From a virus, in IMG/VR virus record IMGVR_UViG_3300029121_000001: a DNA stretch of 64,000 bases. One strand, written 5' to 3'. The position numbers and the translations under genes are program-made. Under the pieces are notes generated by a model. The model worked only from the letters and a program-made list of their open reading frames with translations, ran no database searches and had not been told where the DNA came from. Positions 8,388 to 17,573 of this stretch are shown here, piece by piece; within the stretch, counting starts at the first letter, position 1, and every line of letters starts with the position of its first letter.

Positions 8388-10301
8388 TTATCTCATTGCA
8401 AGAATTCCATCATGAATGACAGATCCATTATCATCAACAAAAACTATAGCAGAGTTATCTCCCATAATTTTTCTATCAAGAAGATGCTGTTCCCATTCAG
8501 ATATTCCTCTATTCATAATAAGAGTAGTCTCTACAGGAGTAGATTCTCTAAATGGAATAGCAGGAACAGAAGGTTTACCAGATACGACAAAAGAATCCTG
8601 ATTCTCATTTCTTGCTAATAGAATATTAGTTACAGGTCTATATGCTACACCTACATCTTCTACTCTCTTACCAGGTTCATTATTAGTCTCACTACCCATA
8701 ACATTTTGTCCAAAAAGATCATCGTCATCAGAATGACTAATCCTCTTAGAAATTCTTGTTCTACTAACTTGATTGTCATCTTTAAGCTGTCTCTTAAATG
8801 AAGGTACTGTAGCATAAAGATCTTCAGTCAATTTAATATTATTCATGGGAAGATAAGGCTGATAGAATAAATCTAGAGTACATTTAGTTCTTGTTTTAAT
8901 ACATTTAAATCCCATGTAATTATTATCATGAGAATCAGATTCCTTATTAATGATAATACCAAGATCACAGTTATCAATCATCAAATAAGACTCTGATACA
9001 TTAAAACTACCAAGAGATCTAATAAGATCTTTTTTATTAGCAGATGAAGAATCATCAAGAACTTTAGATGCATCTCTATTCAAATGAGAATCTGTAATAA
9101 CTGGAATATTGGTTGCATTTGCAAATGCTTTAAATTCATTTACAATTTCACCAAGATCCAATCTAATATCATTTCGTCTATTTACTGGACGAATTCTCTT
9201 AATATGATCTTGAAAGAAGCAAATTGGTTCACGACCTGATTCTCTAAGCTTATCAGTCAATGTATACAGATAATCTGTATTCACAGATAGATTAGGCTTA
9301 TAGATCATTACTAAGTCAATAGGATCTGTATCCTTATCATATCCCAAACCATTTTGTCTGAAGATATTGATAGAATCTTCCAACGAGCAATCGTTTAAAG
9401 TTTTACCACCAGAAACCATGCTCATCATACGAGCAATATTTTCATCTTCAGAGTTTTCCATAGTAAGAAATACAATAGTAGGAATCTTTGTAGGATCATG
9501 TGGAATATAGTCTTTATTATATTTCTTAATTTGCATTGCAAGATCAAGCATGGTAAATGATTTACCACCCGCTGCTTGTGCAAATAGAATATAAACACGA
9601 GTTGCTTGGAATCCACCATCAAGCATCATATTCAATCCAGTAATTCCAGTTCTAAGAATTCTAGAAGGACTATTCTGTCTAGCATGTACATCAGACAGTA
9701 CACTTTCAAACTCATTAGGCATAAGTGTAAACATCTGAGACTGACTAATAGAATCGTCCATTTTATTAAACTGCATATTTAAATCTGCAGTCATTTGTTG
9801 AATCCGATTAACTACATCAGATCTTCTAGTATAATTAGCATTATGAAGATTACTAGCTAAACTTAAAATCTCATCATATCTGTCATCGACAAAATAAGAT
9901 TTTACTAATTCATTTGCTTGTTCATTAAGATAAGCAAGAACTTCATCAGAAATTTCTTCCATAGAAGATGTATCCAGCAAAGATTTATCCATAATACCAC
10001 CATTGATATATTGGATAATCATATCTTTATTAGTCAGCTTCTTATCAATTCTTGCTTCGAGACCTCTCTTAATGAACTTGATACGATCGATTCTATCAAT
10101 ATCACTTCCATATTGATTTTCATCTACTCTATTGAATAATTCTCTGATCAGATTCAGATTACTAATCCTGATATTCTGATTCATAGAAATTACATATCTA
10201 CAATAGAAGTCGAGAGTCTTTATATCAAATAGAGGTTTGATAGTTTCATCGATTTTATCTTTCACTATGGAACGATTATTAACTTTTCTCACAATATTCA
10301 T
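8388..10301 (-). CDS. DnaB-like replicative DNA helicase
   Basis: RecA-type core: Walker A FAQAAGGKS, FLTMENSEDE, ITDSHLNRD. ATG at 10301 behind SD GAGGAACGGAG (the listed ORF starts at a TTG, 10322). Confidence 0.75.
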   Translation of the reverse strand: MNIVRKVNNRSIVKDKIDETIKPLFDIKTLDFYCRYVISMNQNIRISNLNLIRELFNRVDENQYGSDIDRIDRIKFIKRGLEARIDKKLTNKDMIIQYINGGIMDKSLLDTSSMEEISDEVLAYLNEQANELVKSYFVDDRYDEILSLASNLHNANYTRRSDVVNRIQQMTADLNMQFNKMDDSISQSQMFTLMPNEFESVLSDVHARQNSPSRILRTGITGLNMMLDGGFQATRVYILFAQAAGGKSFTMLDLAMQIKKYNKDYIPHDPTKIPTIVFLTMENSEDENIARMMSMVSGGKTLNDCSLEDSINIFRQNGLGYDKDTDPIDLVMIYKPNLSVNTDYLYTLTDKLRESGREPICFFQDHIKRIRPVNRRNDIRLDLGEIVNEFKAFANATNIPVITDSHLNRDASKVLDDSSSANKKDLIRSLGSFNVSESYLMIDNCDLGIIINKESDSHDNNYMGFKCIKTRTKCTLDLFYQPYLPMNNIKLTEDLYATVPSFKRQLKDDNQVSRTRISKRISHSDDDDLFGQNVMGSETNNEPGKRVEDVGVAYRPVTNILLARNENQDSFVVSGKPSVPAIPFRESTPVETTLIMNRGISEWEQHLLDRKIMGDNSAIVFVDDNGSVIHDGILAMR

Positions 10302-10384
10302 AGCGCATTCTCCGTTCCTCAATTATGGTTAATAATGTGTGAGATTATTAATCAAAACTGAAGAAATTATAATCTATCGAATTC

Positions 10385-10732
10385 TCAAATATAAGTATGA
10401 ATTACACTTGGATACATAGTTTGCCATTGCCTTCTAATTGTATTATTCTCATCACATTCAGGATAAGCTTTAGTACAATTAATAGCATTATTAAAATCTT
10501 GATCCATATTAATTCTACTACGAAGAGTATAATCATCTACAATATCAGTAGCATCTACTCCTACCGGAACATTGAGTGGATAAATTTTAATATTAGTGGC
10601 TTTATATGTATTTGTCAAATAAGTTCTAAAACCGATTTGCCAAGTAGGAGAAAAATCATCAGGAATTCTAAGATATCCTAAAGTATGAGTTCCATTGGAA
10701 CCGTTATCAAAATCTATCCCTACAATTCTCAT
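10385..10732 (-). CDS. hypothetical protein
   Basis: 115-aa ORF, SD AAAGGAG. Confidence 0.7.
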   Translation of the reverse strand: MRIVGIDFDNGSNGTHTLGYLRIPDDFSPTWQIGFRTYLTNTYKATNIKIYPLNVPVGVDATDIVDDYTLRSRINMDQDFNNAINCTKAYPECDENNTIRRQWQTMYPSVIHTYI

Positions 10733-10744
10733 ACTTATTCTCCT

Positions 10745-11152
10745 TTAACCGAGAATGATAGCTACAATAGCAACAATAATAGAAGCAATAGCAATAATAC
10801 TATTAAACTTAGATACTACTTTGAGAGCGGTGATTTGATTTTCGAGATTGCCGATTTTTGTATACGCTCTTTGAATGTTGCCATCTTGAATTTCAATAAT
10901 ATTAGAAACTCTATCAAGAAGAGCTTTAGTATCAGGACTAGGCTGATTCATAAGTTTATTAAGAGCTTCAGGATTAATTCCATTATTGAATCCACCATGG
11001 CTCATAAGATTTCTGATTTCATCATTCGTTAATAGTGTTCTTTCTTCATTTTCAGATGTAGAATCACTACTTCTAATCTCATTTTCTGCAAATCCATTTT
11101 CATTGGTAGTATCGTTGTTAGTTGCCATATTGTTTTCTTCATTCATCATCAC
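10745..11152 (-). CDS. hypothetical tail-anchored membrane protein
   Basis: 135-aa ORF, SD AAAGGAG. C-terminal hydrophobic helix IIAIASIIVAIVAIILG. Confidence 0.7.
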   Translation of the reverse strand: MMMNEENNMATNNDTTNENGFAENEIRSSDSTSENEERTLLTNDEIRNLMSHGGFNNGINPEALNKLMNQPSPDTKALLDRVSNIIEIQDGNIQRAYTKIGNLENQITALKVVSKFNSIIAIASIIVAIVAIILG

Positions 11153-11555
11153 TAATCTCCTTTTCTTCTTTATACTCTCTATTATTCAAAGCAAGAACGC
11201 CTTTGACAATCATATTGTCAAATCTAATATTCGTAGCTTCGATAATGGTAGTATGTCTAAAATATTGAATATCATCATCTTCAGGTTCTTTAATAGATTT
11301 CCAATATTCAAGAGCATCCATAATACAATGCTTATTGATTTCCATATAGTATGTAATATTTCTTTTTTCACTACCAGAATATATACCAAATGGCAAATAC
11401 AAATTATTTTCATCATAGCATGGATATGCCATTGTATCTTCATTCTTACAATTAGAATTATTATTAAGAATACGAATTAGTGGAAAATTATCAGGAGTTT
11501 TATGATAATCGCTTCTTGAAATTTCTATTTTACTGTCCATTGAATTCACCATCAT
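11139..11555 (-). CDS. hypothetical protein, paralogue of 11530..11760
   Basis: Shared module Y(D/E)xN(Y/N)LY(I/L)P...(I/M)(K/E)I(D/N)KHCIMDA(I/L)(K/E)(H/Y)W(E/K)S. Confidence 0.65.
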   Translation of the reverse strand: MMVNSMDSKIEISRSDYHKTPDNFPLIRILNNNSNCKNEDTMAYPCYDENNLYLPFGIYSGSEKRNITYYMEINKHCIMDALEYWKSIKEPEDDDIQYFRHTTIIEATNIRFDNMIVKGVLALNNREYKEEKEISDDE

Positions 11556-11760
11556 TCATAGATTCCCAATGTTTAATAGCATCCATAATACAATGCTTAT
11601 CTATTTTAATATAAGCAACAATCCTACCAGTAAATATTGGAATATAAAGATAATTGTCATCATACTGTGCATGTGCTTGAGGATATGAAGTTCCAGAATT
11701 ATCTGCTTGCCTCATTGTTTCAGATGCTGGATATGCATCAGGAGTTCCATAATAATTCAT
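11530..11760 (-). CDS. hypothetical protein, paralogue of 11139..11555
   Basis: 76-aa ORF carrying the same KHCIMDA..W.S module. Confidence 0.65.
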   Translation of the reverse strand: MNYYGTPDAYPASETMRQADNSGTSYPQAHAQYDDNYLYIPIFTGRIVAYIKIDKHCIMDAIKHWESMNDGEFNGQ

Positions 11761-11764
11761 ATCA

Positions 11765-12922
11765 TCACTCTTTCTTTAAAATTTCTTCTAATTCTTCTAC
11801 TGTAAGAAATTTTTCATCTTGCTTTAGATAGTTAACCCACATAACAAATTTTTGTTCGTCTGTAAGTCTCGGATCTAACAAAAATGCCACTTTTTCATTA
11901 TCTTCTTTGATTTGTTGCTCTGCTTGTCTAGCAATCTCAATCTCTTGAGAATAAAAATCAAGAGTAACAGATTCATCTCCTCTAAATCCATCATTGATAG
12001 CCATTTTATTGGAACCAATAATAGGCTTAGTAAACTTAACTTTGATAAAGTCTATTCCTTGAGTTTGCTTAAGATTCCTAATGTAGTTAATCGTTTCTAT
12101 TGGATCATTTTTGATAATATCATCAAGATAAATAGTCTTATATATATCAGAGATAATCTCTTGATAATCAAGATAATAATATCTCGTATTGATATTATAG
12201 GTCATCAAGATGAAACCTTTTTTATGATCATCATCGAATCTCCATCTATATGGAGATCCGCAATAATAGAAATGATCATCAAATACACCAGGTTTATGAA
12301 CATGGCCTGAAATAATAGGACCTTTACAATTCAAAAAATCTTCAATATGAAAAAGTCTTCCGTTACCAACATTATCTCCAAATACTGCTCCATGAATAGT
12401 ACCATGCATAATGCATAGATCATAAAATCCAGATCCAAAAAGCATATGCTGATAATATTCTTCGGGAATTCCATATAATTCAGGAATGCAAAGAATTCGA
12501 GCATTTTTAACCATTTCAAATCTAATATTAGTCACTATTCTTACATCAACATCTTTTCTTTGCATATAGTGATAATAGATTTTTATTTGGTTAGCATCGT
12601 GTGAAAGAGTTCCTTGTAAAAGAATTAAAGTAGCATTATGAGATTTACAAATTTCGACCAATCGTCCAATAAACATTGAAGCATATAAAGTTGCATCAGA
12701 TGATGTTTGTACTTTATGATCAAATAAATCTCCATTAACACATACAAGATCTAATCTAGGCATAGCTTCGATCTTTTGAAGAAATTGATCTTCCAAGAAA
12801 TTGTATTGTTTTAATGGATCCATTACAGGAAAATGTAAATCTGAAATATGAGCAGTGATTAGAGTTCCTTTATCGATTTCTGCTTTTAAGTTATATTGAG
12901 CAACTTCTTCTTCAATAGTCAT
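11765..12922 (-). CDS. Mre11/SbcD-like metallophosphoesterase nuclease (T4 gp47-like)
   Basis: Calcineurin-like motifs SDLH, NGDLFD, GTLSHD, MHGT, SGHVH. SD AAAGGA. Confidence 0.75.
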   Translation of the reverse strand: MTIEEEVAQYNLKAEIDKGTLITAHISDLHFPVMDPLKQYNFLEDQFLQKIEAMPRLDLVCVNGDLFDHKVQTSSDATLYASMFIGRLVEICKSHNATLILLQGTLSHDANQIKIYYHYMQRKDVDVRIVTNIRFEMVKNARILCIPELYGIPEEYYQHMLFGSGFYDLCIMHGTIHGAVFGDNVGNGRLFHIEDFLNCKGPIISGHVHKPGVFDDHFYYCGSPYRWRFDDDHKKGFILMTYNINTRYYYLDYQEIISDIYKTIYLDDIIKNDPIETINYIRNLKQTQGIDFIKVKFTKPIIGSNKMAINDGFRGDESVTLDFYSQEIEIARQAEQQIKEDNEKVAFLLDPRLTDEQKFVMWVNYLKQDEKFLTVEELEEILKKE

Positions 12923-12935
12923 TCTAATCTATCCT

Positions 12936-13163
12936 TTATCGAGTTTTTCTAATTTCTTTTCTAACAATATCAGAAATCATATTTCTGATATCAGGATCAC
13001 TTTTAATAAGATCCGGTAAATATGCTTTAATAGCAATATCAAATGCATATTTAGGAATTGCATATTGTTTGAAAAAATGTCCATTGAATTGAGGAATAGG
13101 TACATTGATTATAAATTTATCATGACCAATCATGTACTGTACTCTAGGTTCGATATCTTCCAT
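12936..13163 (-). CDS. hypothetical protein
   Basis: 75-aa ORF, SD AAAGGA. Confidence 0.65.
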   Translation of the reverse strand: MEDIEPRVQYMIGHDKFIINVPIPQFNGHFFKQYAIPKYAFDIAIKAYLPDLIKSDPDIRNMISDIVRKEIRKTR

Positions 13164-13181
13164 TTTATAATTATTCCTTTC

Positions 13182-13433
13182 TTAAGATGATGAATCTCCA
13201 CTATCACCGCTACTACTATGAGCTTCTACAAATGTTGTAAGAGCTTCAATAAGGTTAGGGCAAGATTCGAGATAAATAGGAAAATATGTATCAGCAATTG
13301 TTTTCATATCTTCTAATGTAATATGAAAATCCATTTGCATAAGCTTAGTGCTATCATATGATACTAGATGAACACCATCTTCTCTACATTCGATATTTCC
13401 AGTAGATGTAAATCGAATAATTTTAGGTTTCAT
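13182..13433 (-). CDS. hypothetical protein
   Basis: 83-aa ORF, SD AAAGGA. Confidence 0.65.
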   Translation of the reverse strand: MKPKIIRFTSTGNIECREDGVHLVSYDSTKLMQMDFHITLEDMKTIADTYFPIYLESCPNLIEALTTFVEAHSSSGDSGDSSS

Positions 13434-13459
13434 AATTTTAATCCTTTCTCGGATTTATA

Positions 13460-14206
13460 TTACTTTTTTAATTTACGTTTTGCTTCTTCTCTAAGAGTAT
13501 AAAAAATAGCATTGAGTAATAATGCAGTAATACTTCCTAGAGCAATAGGAATAATAAACTTAAGAAACCAATTAGTCCAAGTTATATTACTGATTCTATC
13601 AACAGGTAGCTGTGATGCTTCAATCAATGCCAGATTTGCTTGAGCATATATACACAAAGGATATATTGCAATTCTAGCAAGATCATCAATGACATTGAAG
13701 ATGTGTAAAATAGATATAAAAATAGCAGAAACTATTGTGAGTATCTTAAATTTTGTCTTTGATTCTGTAAAAAGACAGATTGCTACAATTCCTGTACAAG
13801 TATACAGAGTAGTGCCCATAATTAGTCTAAATAGACTAATATCAGTTGTAAGAATACCAGTTTTGAGTATTACAGAACCTACCCAGTAATCTTCTTTGTT
13901 AAGAAAACCACTGAAATAATTAATAGCTGGCATAACAATATAGACTATATTAAAGGATGCAATAACATCTAGAGCAGATGTCAGAGGTTTATTGCTAGAA
14001 ATACCTATGATGAGAAAAGCAATGAATGGAACCATCAATAGAATTATTTCACATAACATCATTACTGCTGTTCTGCTTTGACAATTAGCTCTGAAAATAA
14101 TATAATCTTTAGCATAATTATATATCATAGAGATTATATATCCAACAGAAAATAATGCTATACCAGCATAGAAATCATCATATGATCTTTTTGATGTACT
14201 ATTCAT
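13460..14206 (-). CDS. hypothetical multi-pass membrane protein
   Basis: 248-aa ORF with about 6-7 hydrophobic segments, SD AAAGGAG. Confidence 0.75.
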   Translation of the reverse strand: MNSTSKRSYDDFYAGIALFSVGYIISMIYNYAKDYIIFRANCQSRTAVMMLCEIILLMVPFIAFLIIGISSNKPLTSALDVIASFNIVYIVMPAINYFSGFLNKEDYWVGSVILKTGILTTDISLFRLIMGTTLYTCTGIVAICLFTESKTKFKILTIVSAIFISILHIFNVIDDLARIAIYPLCIYAQANLALIEASQLPVDRISNITWTNWFLKFIIPIALGSITALLLNAIFYTLREEAKRKLKK

Positions 14207-14207
14207 T

Positions 14208-14453
14208 TTATAATTCTCCTTTGATTAAATTTCTATTTTGATCTAATAATTTTAGATATTCATCTATATTATCAGATCTTTCATAATTCTTAATTTGCAT
14301 ATATAGATTAGCGATAATCAATCTATGATCAAATGAATGATTAATAAAATTTTTATCATTCATAATACTTTCTACTTCATTAGAAGCTTTATGCCAATCA
14401 ATAGTAAAAGCTTCAGTGTATTTAGGATTCCATTTCTTTTTAAAAGGTTTCAT
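14208..14453 (-). CDS. hypothetical protein
   Basis: 81-aa ORF, SD AAGGAGGTG. Confidence 0.7.
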   Translation of the reverse strand: MKPFKKKWNPKYTEAFTIDWHKASNEVESIMNDKNFINHSFDHRLIIANLYMQIKNYERSDNIDEYLKLLDQNRNLIKGEL

Positions 14454-14544
14454 AATTTATCACCTCCTTTATATTTTTAAAAAATAATAAAAAAGAATCA
14501 GATATTATTATCTTGAGATAATAATATAATATCTCCTTAGACTT

Positions 14545-15099
14545 TTAATATCTTTTAGCAAACTCAGTTGCTTTTTCTTCTTCTGTTAATTTATTCTCAT
14601 ATAAGAAATCTCTTAGTGTATCAATAAGAATTTCTTTACATTTATTCTCTGCTCTTCTTTGAGAAGATTGTACAGTATCTGCAGATGAAAGTTGAATTAT
14701 ATTTCTTCCAGTATTAATATCAAATATGGTGAAAGAAATATTAGTAGCAATGATTTCTATAATGATATTCGTATTTCTTTTTTCATCATAGAAATAAATA
14801 GGATAAAAATTCTTAGGATTATAATTATCAGGATCATAACTAGGAATTGTTATATTCACCATATAATCTTTAAGATCTTTATAAAAAACAAAAAACATTC
14901 TTTCAAGATCATAAAGATATTGAATATCCCATACGTCCTTATATACAATATCAGAAATAGCAGTGTTTAATTGTTCTTCCAATTCCTTTGCTTTCTTTTT
15001 TGATCTAAATCTAAACCATCCAAGAGGTTTTTCTAATTCTCTCTTTAATTCATGTAACGTATTACATGATTGAATAAGATTAATTAAATAAAAATTCAT
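14545..15099 (-). CDS. hypothetical protein
   Basis: ATG at 15099 behind SD GGAAGGAG (the listed ORF starts at a TTG, 15117). Confidence 0.7.
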   Translation of the reverse strand: MNFYLINLIQSCNTLHELKRELEKPLGWFRFRSKKKAKELEEQLNTAISDIVYKDVWDIQYLYDLERMFFVFYKDLKDYMVNITIPSYDPDNYNPKNFYPIYFYDEKRNTNIIIEIIATNISFTIFDINTGRNIIQLSSADTVQSSQRRAENKCKEILIDTLRDFLYENKLTEEEKATEFAKRY

Positions 15100-15162
15100 A
15101 TGTTCTACTCCTTCCAAAATTGATATGATTATTAAAAGAGTTTTTTACATAATGAAAATATA

Positions 15163-15190
15163 TTGAGGTATTACTGTAGTAATACCTCAA
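15163..15190 (-). terminator. terminator-like hairpin
   Basis: Perfect 12-bp stem TTGAGGTATTAC/GTAATACCTCAA, just downstream of the 15195 stop. Confidence 0.55.
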
Positions 15191-15194
15191 ATTT

Positions 15195-15956
15195 TTATTT
15201 TTTAATAATTTCTTGATATTGTATCATAGTATACATTCTCATTTTAAATGCTGTTAATAGAACCATAAAAGTTTGTTCACAATCATTGATATAATCTTTA
15301 TCTCTTTCATTTGATAGATTAAATTCTTGAGTTTCATAGCAATGATTATTTTTATCTACTCTAAGAACCATTGCTTTATTAATATCAATTCCTCTTTCAT
15401 TTTTCAAAAGATATCTATAAGCAGCTAATTGTAATGAATATTTATAATTCATATGATTAGAAGTTTTAAAGTCAATTAGCCAATATTGATTATCTACTTT
15501 AAGAAGACAATCACATGTACCTCCAAAATATTCATTAATCATAGTTTCTTCTAGATATATTACATCTATTTTCTTATATTCAGTATGTATAAATTCCCAC
15601 CATTGAATAAATCCATCTAAACATGATTCTACAGAATCTCTAATTTTCTGATTAGGAATTTGTAAATCAATATCTAAATCTACATTTCCTTTTCTTAAAA
15701 ATTTCTCTATTGCTAAATGAGAATAAGTTCCTTTATCTTGAGCATCTTTCATAAATGCCTTATAAGATATTCTTTTCCATCCTAATCCATTAGCCCAATT
15801 CATTAGACTATCTTCATGTAGCATAGATGATAGAATCTCTGTAACTCTAGGAACTCTTTTATCATCAATTTCATAATTACTTTTAGTATTATTTCTAATT
15901 TCTATATCTTTAATTTTTTCTAATATTTCTCTTATTTGATCATTAGTAAAAATCAT
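15195..15956 (-). CDS. PD-(D/E)XK nuclease (RecB/Cas4-like exonuclease fold)
   Basis: GGTCDCLL...YWLIDFKTS...QLAAYRYL matches the D...(D/E)xK...QxxxY pattern. SD AGAGAGGA. Confidence 0.65.
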   Translation of the reverse strand: MIFTNDQIREILEKIKDIEIRNNTKSNYEIDDKRVPRVTEILSSMLHEDSLMNWANGLGWKRISYKAFMKDAQDKGTYSHLAIEKFLRKGNVDLDIDLQIPNQKIRDSVESCLDGFIQWWEFIHTEYKKIDVIYLEETMINEYFGGTCDCLLKVDNQYWLIDFKTSNHMNYKYSLQLAAYRYLLKNERGIDINKAMVLRVDKNNHCYETQEFNLSNERDKDYINDCEQTFMVLLTAFKMRMYTMIQYQEIIKK

Positions 15957-16049
15957 TTAAATAAATTCCTCTCTTGAATTAATTATTTTTTACTTATCAG
16001 TTTTTCAAATTTTAAAAGGCGAAACCTTTTAAATTCCCCCATTGCATAA

Positions 16050-16067
16050 GTATTTTAATATTGTAAT
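16050..16067. repeat. left arm of an 18-bp perfect inverted repeat (partner 16302..16319)
   Basis: GTATTTTAATATTGTAAT versus ATTACAATATTAAAATAC. Confidence 0.9.
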
Positions 16068-16069
16068 GA

Positions 16070-16103
16070 GTGAATACATTTTACGTATGTGAAATGTATT
16101 CAC
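16070..16103. repeat. perfect 12-bp stem hairpin
   Basis: GTGAATACATTT-10 nt-AAATGTATTCAC. Confidence 0.9.
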
Positions 16104-16198
16104 AATACAAAATGATGTTAAATGTATTACGATATAGAGTAGGTTAAGACAAGTAGCTATTATATTTCGGAAGTATATTTATTGAAACTATCTTAGAG

Positions 16199-16270
16199 AT
16201 GATTAATGGTAATTTATGACATTAATGATTAAGGTTAAGATGATTATGATTAATATGATTTATGGTAAGA
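16199..16270. repeat. iteron-like direct repeats ATGATT(A/T)A(T/G)GGTAA and ATGATT hexamers
   Basis: ATGATT starts at 16199, 16225, 16240, 16246 and 16255. Three 14-mers are spaced 26 and 30 nt apart. Confidence 0.75.
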
Positions 16271-16301
16271 AGTACAGAAAAGTCTTTTAATATTTTTTAA
16301 T

Positions 16302-16319
16302 ATTACAATATTAAAATAC
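16302..16319. repeat. right arm of the 18-bp inverted repeat
   Basis: Reverse complement of 16050..16067. Confidence 0.9.
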
Positions 16320-16380
16320 CCAATTGAATTTTTTTTTACTTGGCAAAAAATTGGGTATTTTTGACACTTTTTGAAAATAA

Positions 16381-16411
16381 AATCTCTATGGGAATAAAAC
16401 CCATAGAGATT
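16381..16411 (-). terminator. rho-independent terminator
   Basis: AATCTCTATGGG-7 nt-CCCATAGAGATT, followed by TTATTTTC on the minus strand after the 16420 stop. Confidence 0.7.
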
Positions 16412-16419
16412 ATTTAAAA

Positions 16420-17559
16420 TTAATCTAGTTGATCAAGAGCATCATAGTCTACAAAGATACCATAAGATCTCTTATGCAGACGCTTTTTAGCAAGAATATC
16501 GCGGAGTTCTTCATACTCAGCTTTAACTTCAATCCAATGATCGATATCGGGATCATCTTGATTTTCCCTGATGTAGTCAGCAAGAATAGTAAGTCTAGCA
16601 TTAATCTGCTTAAGAGCATACATAACTTCTTGCTCACCTTCAGCATTCTTAGCACGAATCTGGAATTCGTAGAGATCATTCTCAAGATCTCTCAAACCAG
16701 TATACTTTAGATATGCTAGTAGTCCACCTTTTTCATTTAGTGCACTATTAACAGCTTCTGTTACATAAGCATCTGTATCAATTCTATTAAGAGAATTAAT
16801 CATAGCATCAATTCTCTTAATATATAGATTAGAAGCCGTAATATCCTTAGCTTTTCTCAAAAGATGAAGAGCAGCAGGACGTTCATCATTTACGTTAGAA
16901 TAAAGTCTTAGTGACCAATTCAGCATAGATAGATTTGGAGCTCTAGTAGCTTCATTTTCACATCCAGGAATTTCATTATAAAGCTTATCAATGGCAGATT
17001 TGAAAGATCCGTACTCAAAGTCAAGAGATTCAAGATAAGCATCTTCATCAATATCATCAGGAAGATATAGACAAGAAGTTATCTTACATAGAGCATCTGC
17101 GATACCAAAAGACAGAATAGTCTTATACTGAACAGAATCTCTAATAATAAGCTGAGTATTTTCATCACAGAAGAAATTATCAATATATTCTCTAATCACT
17201 TCACAGGGACGAGTACCACTGATTAGATGGAAAATATTGAATAGAAGAATTTGTGTAATCTCCTCATCTGTAAGACCATAATCAAACATTTTAGAATCAA
17301 TCTCACACTTATATTCTTTAATGGTAACTTCATCACCAGTAATTAGAAAAGCATTAACATTGATATCTGCAAGTGTAGGTAGCACAATACATCCAAAAGG
17401 AAGCTTATCTACATTATTTGTGTAAATGACTTCTTTACACTTTCCGATTGGAAGAATATAATTTAAATCTTGTCTAATAGATTCTACATCTTCCTTACTA
17501 TTAATAAGATCACGGAGTTTACCAATATCACTAATTAGATTCTCAATCTTAGCATCCAT
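16420..17559 (-). CDS. hypothetical protein, degenerate paralogue of the 21218..22384 metallopeptidase
   Basis: LTDEEITQILLFNIFHLIS aligns with YTDEELIAVMLHEIGHSF, with the HExxH motif lost. SD AAAGGAG. Confidence 0.7.
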   Translation of the reverse strand: MDAKIENLISDIGKLRDLINSKEDVESIRQDLNYILPIGKCKEVIYTNNVDKLPFGCIVLPTLADINVNAFLITGDEVTIKEYKCEIDSKMFDYGLTDEEITQILLFNIFHLISGTRPCEVIREYIDNFFCDENTQLIIRDSVQYKTILSFGIADALCKITSCLYLPDDIDEDAYLESLDFEYGSFKSAIDKLYNEIPGCENEATRAPNLSMLNWSLRLYSNVNDERPAALHLLRKAKDITASNLYIKRIDAMINSLNRIDTDAYVTEAVNSALNEKGGLLAYLKYTGLRDLENDLYEFQIRAKNAEGEQEVMYALKQINARLTILADYIRENQDDPDIDHWIEVKAEYEELRDILAKKRLHKRSYGIFVDYDALDQLD

Positions 17560-17573
17560 GAGTGTTTTCTCCT

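Noticed and set aside
16240-16290. 16-codon ORF (MIMINMIYGKKYRKVF) inside the iteron-like repeats, considered as a possible leader peptide.
   Set aside because: It is on the strand opposite to all neighbouring genes and has no SD. Its ATG-rich start is simply the ATGATT repeat.
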